Part shown: piece after piece, positions 25,301 through 37,300 of the stretch | How the letters are laid out: the number at the start of each line of letters is the position of its first letter | How positions within the stretch are numbered: the stretch's first letter is position 1 | NCBI GenBank assembly: GCA_001938485.1 | Contig: MQRK01255084.1 | Coordinates: 1-64,000, forward strand | Source of the DNA: Girardia tigrina | Taxonomy: Eukaryota | DNA: 64,000 nt | Reading direction: 5' to 3' | Translations under genes and position numbers: made by a program | Notes under the pieces: model-generated | The model's input: the letters and a program-made list of their open reading frames with translations, nothing else | Database searches by the model: none | Told to the model about the DNA's origin: nothing

Positions 25301-28300
25301 CCTGGTACTTGTCTAACTGCAGTCGCCAGAAAGCCGAGGAGATATTGTTGGAGGTAAATATGTCCGGGATATACGTACAGCCAGATGGAGCGTTCATTCT
25401 TCGGCGGAGCGAAGTAATCAGCAATGGATTCAGTCTTTCGGTGAAGTAGGATTCGATGGATTTCTTGATTCATATACTCGCTATTTGATTAATGTTGATA
25501 AATATCAATTAATAAATTGTCGTTAAAAAATAAAATAAAACAACTAATATTATGAAAAACGGAACGGAAAGAAAATAATTGATTATCTATAATTAATTAT
25601 AATTTTTCTTTATTAACAGTTATTAAACAGTGCAAAATAATGAGTAAAGCAGAATGAGAATAATTTTTATTCGAAATAATGCCGTATTCCCTCGCACTGC
25701 ATGGGTTTTGGATGACGCTTCGATATTGTGCGCTTGAATTTTAGAGACCTAAATTTCAGACGTCGCTGGTAAAGGTTTTATTTGCGCGGAATTAAAAAAA
25801 ACACTTTCAAAACATTTAAGAGCTTTAAATAATTTATTTGAAATAAGGAGTGAGTGCGAAAAATATCACTAACTTTAAATCTCTATAGCTCGACCACAAA
25901 TTCACAAATTACAAAAACTAATCAAGTGGGCTGTTGTTGGAATAAATCAAAATAAAATTCGTTTTAGTATTCATTTTTGAATTTCATTTTTCATCAATAT
26001 TTCGTCAGAAACAGGAAGTTGCGAATTAATTATTCGTTATTTCAAGAAAATCTGCAATCAAGTCAGAAAACAATTGCCAGAAAGGCAAAGGTTTGTCAGA
26101 AAACAGTTTCTAACGTTATTAGGGTGAGTCATAAGTTGTGGGGCACTCTTTCCAAAGTAATTATCTTTAATTACAACATGAATTGTCGAATCGATATTAA
26201 TTGAATTTGTATATCGTAATAAAGCTCATAAANNNNNNNNNNNNNNNNNNNNNNNNNNNNNNNNNNNNNNNNNNNNNNNNNNNNNNNNNNNNNNNNNNNN
26301 NNNNNNNGAAAAATTTGAAATTAGAGTACTTTTGAAATTTTTCTGGAAAAAAGGTCTGAGTTCAAGGGCTGCCGTAAAGGAAATTTCCCAAGTTGAAGGG
26401 GAGGGCTTTGTTTCCAAATCTTCGGCTGCAAGATGGTTTAAAAAATTTAACGAAGGTGACATAAGCCTTGAGGATTATAAATTGTGATAAAGAGTTAAGT
26501 ATGGTCACACGTCAATTGCATGCTGTCAGTTGCATGAAAATATTGGAAATAATTCCAATGACAAGTCATAATTCTGGTAATTATTTTGTATGTTCATGTA
26601 TTTCTGAAAAAAATAACTAATTTGCGTGAGTTAAAGTTGATAATGCTTGATTTATTTTCGTCTTTAATCAACCTTTCTCCATGCAACTTTCTTTTTAAAG
26701 GTTGTAATTTAAATCTAAATTTATGTAGTAAAGGTATTTAATTAATTAAATAGTGGCATAGTGGCATTGGTAATTACCATTAATTACTGAACCGATCAGA
26801 GGGTCCAATATTGAATTACTGGATGATTATTTATTCACGAATAAATTAAATCTTTTTGATTTTGATGTTTTATCAAAATCTCATCCAATTCTACTTTATT
26901 TTTGGAACCCAATCTATTCTTATACACATTTTTTTTGTATCCTGGATTCTATTTTACTGAGCTTATCAATTGTGCAACAGTTGTTGTAAAGAATAATTTT
27001 TAATAATAAATATATTTTAATGAAACAATATTTTACCCTGTTAATTGGGCATGATAGCGTTAGTATTAATCAGCATTTCAACGATGCATGTTGCAGGATT
27101 GATGCCATATCCGTATATAAAGTGATGTATGATTAATTATACTCAATCCATAACACGTATAATTTCGGCATACAACAAATTAACAAGTAGACTTCATTTA
27201 ATTTACAATTCATCAATTATCTCATTAATTTCATTTCGGTATCTTGTACCACTTTTAATATATCGTGTAATGATATTCTTATTTATTCGTAATTAAAGAT
27301 TTAATGTTGAAAGATACAAAATTACTCTTATTAATCGTCTAAGTTTTAATAATTAAGCCTAAAAAAATTATCTTTCCAAACTAAATATTCTTTCCCGTTA
27401 TTATTATGAGGCGTTAGTTTAAATTTGCATTTCGCCAAAATAGTTTATTGTTTTTTTTTAATTTGAAAGTTTAAAAAAAGTAAATAAATACAAAAGTTTT
27501 CAAATTAAAAATGATATTATAAAGAAAACCATAAAAAATTAAATACTTATGCAAAAATAAAAAAGATGTCTACATTTATAACAGTTGATATATTATAATA
27601 AAAGTTTTGTAATAAGAATTTTAAAATAAATAATATACGGTATTAGCAACATCAAAATTCGCATGTAAACATTTATTAATAACACACACACACAGACTCA
27701 TTGTCAGTAGCACAACTTGCGGGAAGCATCGTTCTTGATTAATATGTTTTTCTAGATGTATTCAAATCTTTAAATTAATTAATGAGATAAGAATAATTAA
27801 GTTTTGGAAATAATTGTTTGGAAAGTGAATTGTACTTTTAATCACAATAATTTGACAAAATAATTCAGATTTAAGAATTTCTATAATTTTCGTATCCAAT
27901 TAAATTATATTTTTCCTATCGCTTTAGCAATATTGACTTTCAATTATTTTAATTTTCTATAAATAATAATATATTGATAAATAAATATATTATGACAAGA
28001 CAATTACTATTTAATATAAATAATCATTATTTAAATAAATAAAATAAAGCCACCTCAATACTTAAAATATTAATTTTGAATAAAATATTTATTTTAATTT
28101 AATTTAAATAANNNNNNNNNNNNNNNNNNNNNNNNNNNNNNNNNNNNNNNNNNNNNNNNNNNNNNNNNNNNNNNNNNNNTTATTTAAATTAAATTAAAAT
28201 AAATATTTTATTCAAAATTAATATTTTAAGTATTGAGGTGGCTTTATTTTATTTATTTAAATAATGATTATTTATATTAAATAGTAATTGTCTTGTCACT

Positions 28301-31300
28301 ATATATTTATTTATCAATATATTATTATTTATAGAAAATTAAAATAATTGAAAGTCAATATTGCTAAAAGCGATAGGAAAAATATAATTGAATCAAATAT
28401 GAGAATTATAGACATTCTTAAATCTGAATTATTTTGTCAAATTACTGTGATTAAAAGTACAATTCACTTTCCAAACAATATCGATGAATATTTGTCATTC
28501 TTCATCTATACAATAGCCAATTTGGATATTTTCAATCAATTTATTAAATTCCAATTTAGAAGTATCCATTTTAATCATCGAACGAAAAGATTATTTAGTG
28601 AATCCTTGTGATTTCCTTTCGATTTACAGAGCCATATCTCCCATAGACCTTGACATTCAGATTTTGTGATCAAATCTCTTTTCCTTTCCTTCATATCCCT
28701 TTGCAAACACATGATATTTCTTTCCTGTTATCTTCATGCAAAACAAAAAAAGATGCACGAATGTTTACAAATCGAAGGAAAGTGCACAAAAGAATTATTC
28801 AAAATTGAAATTAATTAAAATTCAGTGAAATAAAAATAAAAAATGTTGTCTATATACACCAAAATCATTTGCAAACACCATGGAAAATGAAGACAAGGTT
28901 TTTAAATTTTTTTTGTATGAAAATACTTGTTATTATTTTCCGTTACGTGCTTGTGTTATTATATATTCATAGTTAAAACATTTGTTGTTCAAATTCTAAA
29001 AAAAAGAAGTGCGTAAATAAACAATATGATTTTCTAGTCTCTTTTATATTATAATATATCAAAATATTTTTCTTATTTATTTATAAAGTGCAATTACACA
29101 ATGATTATATAAATCTAAATCTAAAACAATTAATACAATCTAAGAGATCTTGTGTTAAAATGAATCCAAATTAGTAATTGAAGTATTCTGTGATAAATGT
29201 CTATCAGTATTTTCAATGGTAGGTAAAATCGAATCCTGTTTGGACATCTTCAATCAATTAAGCGTAAAGCATATCTGCCGATCTAACATATAACACTAAT
29301 TTGCACTAATATTTCTTTTCCAACTGGCAAAATTTTAACCCAGAAAAATATTTTCGCAAATCGTGATATAAATATTGAACTTTGAAATGTATTTTTCAAT
29401 TATTTTCCAATGATTGACAAATGATTGCTTACTCTTACTCTTTAAAATGTTTGGCTGTCTGGAAACGTTTGATTGTTATCATGAAATCAAACAATTAAAA
29501 AAAATACTTTAATCATTTAATATATTTTAAAATTTTACAATGTTTCTCTGCATTTTCTAGTAGCTTTATTATCTTCTTTGGTATAACATTTAATTTTTCC
29601 TATTGAAAAATTCGTCGTAATGCGTTTTCACATTGTTTAAAGTTTAGTTTTTCCAACTAAAGAGATTTGTATAGTACAGACAAGTCAGGAATATAGGATA
29701 TATATATATATATATATGGGAGAAAATGGGTATTCGTTACCAGCCGCCTCCAGAGGGGGAGTTACCTGTTGCCATGTCAACGGTCGCGGTTACCATAGCA
29801 ACGGTTCCGGTTACCATTACCCTAGCATCGGTTACGATCATCTTAGCAACGGTCGTGGTTACCATAGCCACGGTTCCCATTACCCTAGCAACGATTCCGA
29901 TCACCATTTTCTTTTTTAAACGATCATTTCTTTATTTCGTTATTTAAAAATCCAATGTTGCATATACTTCGTATAACAGAGACATTAGACCCTTTTGAGC
30001 CTGCGTATATGTGATAAATCTCATCTCTTGGACTGATCGACCTTGTTCTTTTGAAATATGGATTTTTTAATTTGTTTCGTCCATAAACAGTATTGTCACA
30101 TTTGGTGAATGAAACTCTATACTTTCTAATGAACTTTTCTCTATATTCTTTATTCTCTGTTATATTTGCATGTTCAGATTCGTATCGTATTTTTTAAAGA
30201 GAGTAACAGAGAAAATCGAGTTTTTGTGAAATATTTTACTTTTAAATCCAAAATAAAAGTTTTTTTCGAATCCAAAGCAAGATTTGCCAATGTAACCCGG
30301 TAATTATTTTCAATCATCTCAAAAAATTTATCCAAATTAATTTGTTGAAATTTTTGTGATTTTTTTACCTCCCGGTTTGTCCACGGGTTCTCCTTTTGCT
30401 GCGCACCAATACGTTGTTTATAGGGGAACCTGTAATTGTCGAGCAAGTACCGTCCAGTCTCCGCTTGAAATGGCGATTTTTCCGATTTCTTTATCTCTAG
30501 ACATTTTTATGTTTATTTTTTTCTTTAATCAGTTTGTATCGATTATTATAGAATATATTTATTTCAGTTCGAAATTTTCAATATTCTCTTCATTTTATTC
30601 AACATCATAATTTCTCATTTTGAAATCCACCATTATCATTTTGATGTTAAAAAGGTTTAATTTATTATTTTCTGCTTTTTTTCATAAAATCACTAACTTT
30701 TTTATTAAACTAAGTCTTAATATTTTTGAATAAATAAAATCATGTTAGTTAACACCATGAAACAGCTTGATTTCATGAACTTCAAAAAAGGTTTAACTTT
30801 TAAATTTTATATATTTAAATTTTCCAAATATGGTTCTTGTTTGATTCTCGACCAGTTTTTGTTTTTGTAATTTTAATCTTTCATGTGTTTTGTAGTACGT
30901 ATATTTGTATTTAAAATTTGAATTTTTTTTGCCAGCTTTCCATTGATTAGTAACCTTATAAGTTACGTAATTTCTAATTAAAAGTTTTTTTGTGATTTAT
31001 CCAACACCCGATGTTTAATTACCAGAGCTCGGTGTATTCTGAAGGGAAGGAGATTTTCTAGCCAAATCCTGACAAGTTCATGCTGTTATTGTCTTTGTAC
31101 CATAAGATGCTTCTATATTTCAATGTTCTTCTACAGCTCTTACTTTTATCGAAATAATAAATTAAAATATAATATAAATTTTTATGACTATCACATTTAG
31201 AGTCATTACAACTCTCACGTGTTTCCCCGTTCAATATCTTACTATTTGGTTTTATTATTTCTATTTTTAATCATGATTATAAATCTTTAAAAAATATTTA

Positions 31301-34300
31301 ATTTTTAAAAATATTAATTAAAAATAATAATTTAAACCATTTCGTAATAAAAACCCAAAATAATAAAAAATGTTATCAAATTATTGAAACTGAATTGAAT
31401 TTTATTAATAATATTAAACTTAATTTTAATTGTTAATTTAAAAAATATAAACTTATCAAATTATTATTTTAATTATGTTCGAATAGTCAATCACTTTAAA
31501 TTGAAAAAATATCAATTTCCATCTGGGTGGGAGAATCACCATTCTAAGTTCAACATACTTAATCAACATACAACATATATAGACATTCAAACAATTTAAA
31601 ATATTCCTCACATTTATTTTTACCAAATAGAAGTAATCAACTTGAAATCGTTGCACTAAACTAAAAATAATCTATACTGTACAAAGTATAACGTTTCACA
31701 TTTTTTATAAAACACTCATTCGTACAACAGCATTAATTATAAAAATCTAGGAGAAAAAAAAACTGAAGACTTTTCGGACAACCAAGTATTATTTTAAGTT
31801 TTACTGGTAAAAAGCTGTTCTTACTCAATTTTATACTTTGGAACATGATGAAATAGGCGACTCTGGATATTTTATTTTTTTTTATAGATAGGAGAATACT
31901 ATAGGTTTTACAGTTTAATGTATAACTTTTATTTTTAAAGCGATTGGTGATCAAATTTTTGTTCATTTTATGAAATCGATGATTTGATAAAATTAGCTGG
32001 TAATGAGTTTAGTCGAGTTGGAATGCTGTACAGTTGCCAAGGCATGACTAAACGTTATCACTGAACGCCTATCTTAGTATTTCTGGTACATTATATGACT
32101 AAATTGGGAATTCAATTAACTTTAACTTTTAGTATTGATTTGCTTTTGATAAAGATCTGTAAGAAAATATTATTTTCATTAAATTTCGAAAGTAATTATT
32201 TTCTGTATGTGTGTATGTATAAAGATACATAAACATCTATAGAATTAGCCTGTCTATGACAGTCCGGGTCAACTATCAACTATATCAACAACTTTCATTT
32301 TGTCGGTGATTAAACATTTCTAGCTAAGCTCCTTTAATTCATTTAAATATTTAATTTATTCCCCAAATTAGTTATTCTAGTAATTTTAATGAAGAAGTTT
32401 AAAAATTAAGAAATTAATCTTGTGTAAAGAAAATATTAGTAATTTATTGCGTTGAAAGGAATATTGTCCATAAAAAATTTTTCTTGGAATATTTGGTTGC
32501 ATCTAAGAAAATTTTTTTTAACGAACTTAATTTTCTATGGAATATTTTTTAGTAATATTTTTAAATTTATTTGATAAAATGTTAACATTTAAAAAATTTG
32601 TTTCTTAATGGATGTTATATATTTCTTACTTTTTGTGCTTTATATATTGCTTTAATAAAGTTTTATTAGAACATTTTATTACCCAATTATCAAATGCGGC
32701 TGGTAGATATCTTGTCATTATAGAACAGTATATCATGTCTCTACATGATTAATAAATTTAAATAGGATCTCACATGACTGGGACTTATGTTCAGCCTCTG
32801 AAGAATAGGATATCTTGAATAGTCTAATTAGACGAGTTAATCCTAGTATCACTTCAATTATAAGTAGAATACTTTAATGACGTTTATTTACAAAATCATT
32901 GACAGCTTTTCAAAATTCACTTATTGTATTTTTTGTCTCCGTTACAAATAAATAAATCATATTTCCCATTAATTACTCAGACAGTGTCTAAAAATCGATT
33001 GGATTAACAAAATAAACATCCGAAGTAAATTTAGACAAAAATAATATCAAAAAATCAAAGGCATATTTTTTGTTCAGCTGAGCTTAAGGAAAAAAATTGA
33101 AAGTTTACTTGTTTGATTTGGGATTTATTATACCACGAGTGAATAATTTGAGTCAATCTATCCAGATTTGTGACTATTCTGTGTCATTTTTGATGGCAAT
33201 AAAATTTATTCGATCATCTACGGTTTGTACTCAACTTGAGTTATCCGATATGAACAAAACATTCTCAGAGTCAGAACTTATACCGACGTCATTGGTGTCA
33301 GTAATGGCCCTGTCAAAAAATACTTATGTCCATTAAAATTGGATGACAATGAATACTTTCTGTAAGAAGGGCATAATTGATAAAATTGAAAATAAAACTT
33401 TATAAAGGTAAAAAATGAAAAAAATGTTACTGGAATTAGGATTTTTTGAAATAAATAATCTAGTTTGGTCTTTTCTTTAAAATATGTTTCTTAAAATGCA
33501 GCTTCTCTTCTTTGATAACTACCTGTTCGCGTTGTGATTGCCTTTAACCCTTACTTGAGCCCAATTTAAATTAAAATATTAAATAAATAAAATTAAGTAA
33601 AATTAAATTAAATTAGTAAAAAAAAAATTAAAAAATTAAATATATGGTGATCAAATTTTTGTTCATTCATATGGTTTTGTGATGGTGAAATTGGACAAAT
33701 AATCGTAATTGTAATCAAACGATCGTTATTATTATTGCGAATCAAACAATTATGTTTGCGAGTTACATAATTTCTTTGTTCTTTGTATGTTTTGGGTGAA
33801 CAAATGAGATTTGAATTCACCAGCCAATGCGTATGTATGTTAGTATAATTATTCAATGTGATATGTTTGAATGTGTATTTAAATGTAAGTGGAGAAATCG
33901 TGTTTGTGTGTTAATGTCTTTGAAAGGGAAATGTTACCACAATTCGTAAAAAAAATAAAAATTTGTTTAAATGGATCAATGTAATAATAAATAAATTTTG
34001 GCCAATTTGAATCTTATTGATAATTTTTGATTTGAATTATTATCAAACGAAAATGGTTATTAAAGAAATGCCAAAAGATGCGTTTTATGATAAATTAACT
34101 TATCATATCAATAAGCATATCGATTTCGAATTAATTCGCAAAAATGGATAAAATGAAAATATTCGTGGATATTCAAATTTGAAAATAAATTTATGGTTTT
34201 CTGTGGGTCGATTGAATCCATATTTCTATGTATCCTATGATAAAAAACTGAAAAATGATTATATAAAAGCTGATGATTTTAAAGTCTCTTCTTGCTAACA

Positions 34301-37300
34301 TTCCTTATGTGTATCATCATATTGATCTGTACAGAGAAGCATTAGAAAACGAGGATTTCAAATATTTCGAAGAGTTAATTGATATTTATAAATTTGATGA
34401 TAAATCGTTTGAAATTTATTACGTTTGTGGAACTGAAATGGAACGTATACATTGTCAATTAGTTTGTGTGATATTGAGAACTATTAATTTGATTCTTTTG
34501 AGCACAAACCAAATACTTCCACAACTTGCTAAAGATAAAATAAAATTAATATTGAATCTCTAAATCAATGTTTTTATCACGATTCTGTTGCTTATTTGAC
34601 TTTAAAACTCATTTATGACAGAAAACATGTGTTGTTTCATTTATTAAATCCTGATCATTTGTGGCACCTGTGGATGAATCAATCACCCATCGATCAGAAA
34701 AATTCAAAAAAAGAATCTGCAACAAGCAAAGTGAAAAAATCTTCCTCTGAGATACAACACTACAAACAATTGTGTATTTCTATTCTGATTATTTTCTTAT
34801 ATATATAATTTATATAATGATAATGAAACTGTATTTTTAGTTATATTAGTTTTATTGTCTTAGTTATAGCAATTTTATCGTGATTAGATATTTTGTTCTT
34901 TTTCAATTCTTAAAATGGATAACATATTTTTCTCATAGTATATCGTTCGTAGAAATTCTAGTTTTGATTCACTTGTAATATTAGTTTTTTTTCAAAATTT
35001 GGCACAGGAAATTCTTCAGTTTTTACATTTTATCGTGTGACTTCTGAATGAGTTAATAATTTAACCGTGAATTACACAGATTAGGTATTTAGTTACATTT
35101 AAAGCGGCGTTATTATTACATTGACTTATAATTGAGTTTAATACTTCATCGCTATTACACTTTCACAAGAAGAATTGCATATTCATTATATGTTAAATGG
35201 CTTAACTGTATTAAATTACTATGTAACTAATTTTTACTATCTTAATTAATACAAGTTTTATGAATAATTTTCAATTAAGTTCATCAGGGTTTAATTTTAA
35301 TAACATAACACTAAACATACGATTCCTATCAAAGCATAATATAATATTAAAAATATATCATTTCAAGCTCTTTGAAGCCAAATACCTATCCCAAGAGTCG
35401 AAACATCTAAATAAATTTCCTCGATGTCAAAGAGATCTGATAATTATTATCTTGGCTAAAAATACTGACGTTTATTATGCAAGAAAGAGAAAATATTTAT
35501 ATTTAAATGGAAATTATGATCAGTTTGGTGTTGTGGTAATATTGTTGATAAATTTTGATTTAATGTTTACTTTAATTCCTATTTCATTTAATTTCGATAT
35601 AAAATCCAATTAAGATTAACTCAAACTAACCCGAAATAAATTCTTAAGACACAGAATATGTAAGGTATTATACTTAGTTTCCGGTCTTAAAAGCTATTTT
35701 TTAATTAGCTAAAATGCTTTTTTATTGTGGACTTCACTCAATTTCTGCTTAAATTAATATTTAGTAATTCTGGACATTATCCTATAAACATTCAGATTGT
35801 GAAAAAGGAAAATCATGGCATAAATGTACCAAGTGTAAAGTTCATTTGTGTCGACCAAAGACAAACTGCTTCCTGTTGTTTCATATAAAACAATGTCATT
35901 TTAATAATTGATATCAATTAATATTTTTGTTTAATTTAAATGTTTGTTTCTATTTTTTTAGCGTTAACATAAAAAAATTGGGGAAACAAAAAGCACATTT
36001 AGCCTATAGTACAATCGACTACACTGAACTAGAAAATGAAGTTATAAAGATCCTCCTGTGGGTGTAATACTTCTTTTTTGTGTTAAAATGTCATTTTTTG
36101 AGAATTTTATGTTTTTTTTAATTTTTGTGAAGTATTTTTCAGATTTTCCACGTTTTGACGATATTAATGCTGTTTGTGATAGATACCTTACTCAAAGTTC
36201 GATTTCCTCTCTAATCTTAAAAAATAAAGAATACAAAGTGTATTAAAATAGTACAGATAAATTTTTCTAGTTTGAAATGCACGCATAAAATCACGAGATT
36301 TTATTCTCGTCCTGATGTAACTATCTCTGACTTCCATGCCGAACACAGCTCACGAGGCCTTTGTCATCATCTTCACACAGAGTTATACTTTTTAAGAATG
36401 TCAGGGTATTTGCAAAAGAAATGGTTCACCAGCATATGCCTCCAGTTTGTTGTCTGAAAAGTTCCTTCTGGAGAGCATTCGTTTCTTCCTGGAAGAATAT
36501 CAATCAAAGTTTTCGCCGTTTTTTCAAGCCTGGTATCTGGAAAACCTTGATATTCTGTACTGAGGATGCTAGAGATCTTCGGATAACTTTGATGATATCA
36601 ATAATGAAAGTTTGTGCTAAAATTTTGTAAATATCTTTGTTGTGGATATACTTGCTTTCTTCTAAGAAGAGAAAATTCCTGGTCACTTCTTAACTTGTGG
36701 GAAGTACAGTCAGTGGGAGGTTTGCCAGTGGGGAGCCATATATATTGTGATTCGAAGAGCCTCCAGCTTTTATCTTGCTCATTCAAGATATGATTTCTAA
36801 AAAATAAAACTGCATTTTAAAAACATAATACATTAAACGATGCATTAATTATATAATTCTCATTACATATAATATTTTTATTCCAATATAATAATTGATT
36901 AGAAAATGTGCTTCTTAATAGCTGTTAACTTTGAAAAACCAAGGATTGTAGTAATATTATTGTCATATGAGAGATAATAACAATGAAAAAAAACGCGCAC
37001 AGCGTAAAGCAATCTTTCAAACTTGCTCAAAATCTCGATTGGAAACAAACAAATCACCCTCTATTTTATTTATAATAGTGAACTTTTATTAATACAGTTA
37101 CTTTTTTTAATTTAATCACAATTTAAAGATTAATATAACACAGAGTAAAACGTATTATTAAAAACTATATAAACCATAGAAATATTACAAAAAACACAAA
37201 AAAAGAGTTATTCCAGGCACTTAATCAATTTCTTACATTCATTTTCAGGATCAGCATGGCCGATTTCATATAACCTTAATTGAGGATTAAAATCGCTCAC

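Noticed and set aside
29745-29761. CTCF-like motif CCTCCAGAGGGGGAG
   Set aside because: Single imperfect match in an unknown taxon; not supportable.
29768-29905. CRISPR-like regular repeat
   Set aside because: Spacers are only 7 bp and similar to each other; eukaryotic context with no cas genes.
33620-33885. Minus frame with many TGA codons, suggesting a mitochondrial or alternative code
   Set aside because: It also contains TAA and resembles no mitochondrial protein. The real genes end in TGA and TAA, consistent with the standard code.
36280-36800. Coding-like minus-strand tract
   Set aside because: Frameshifted with no recognisable motif; cannot be assigned.
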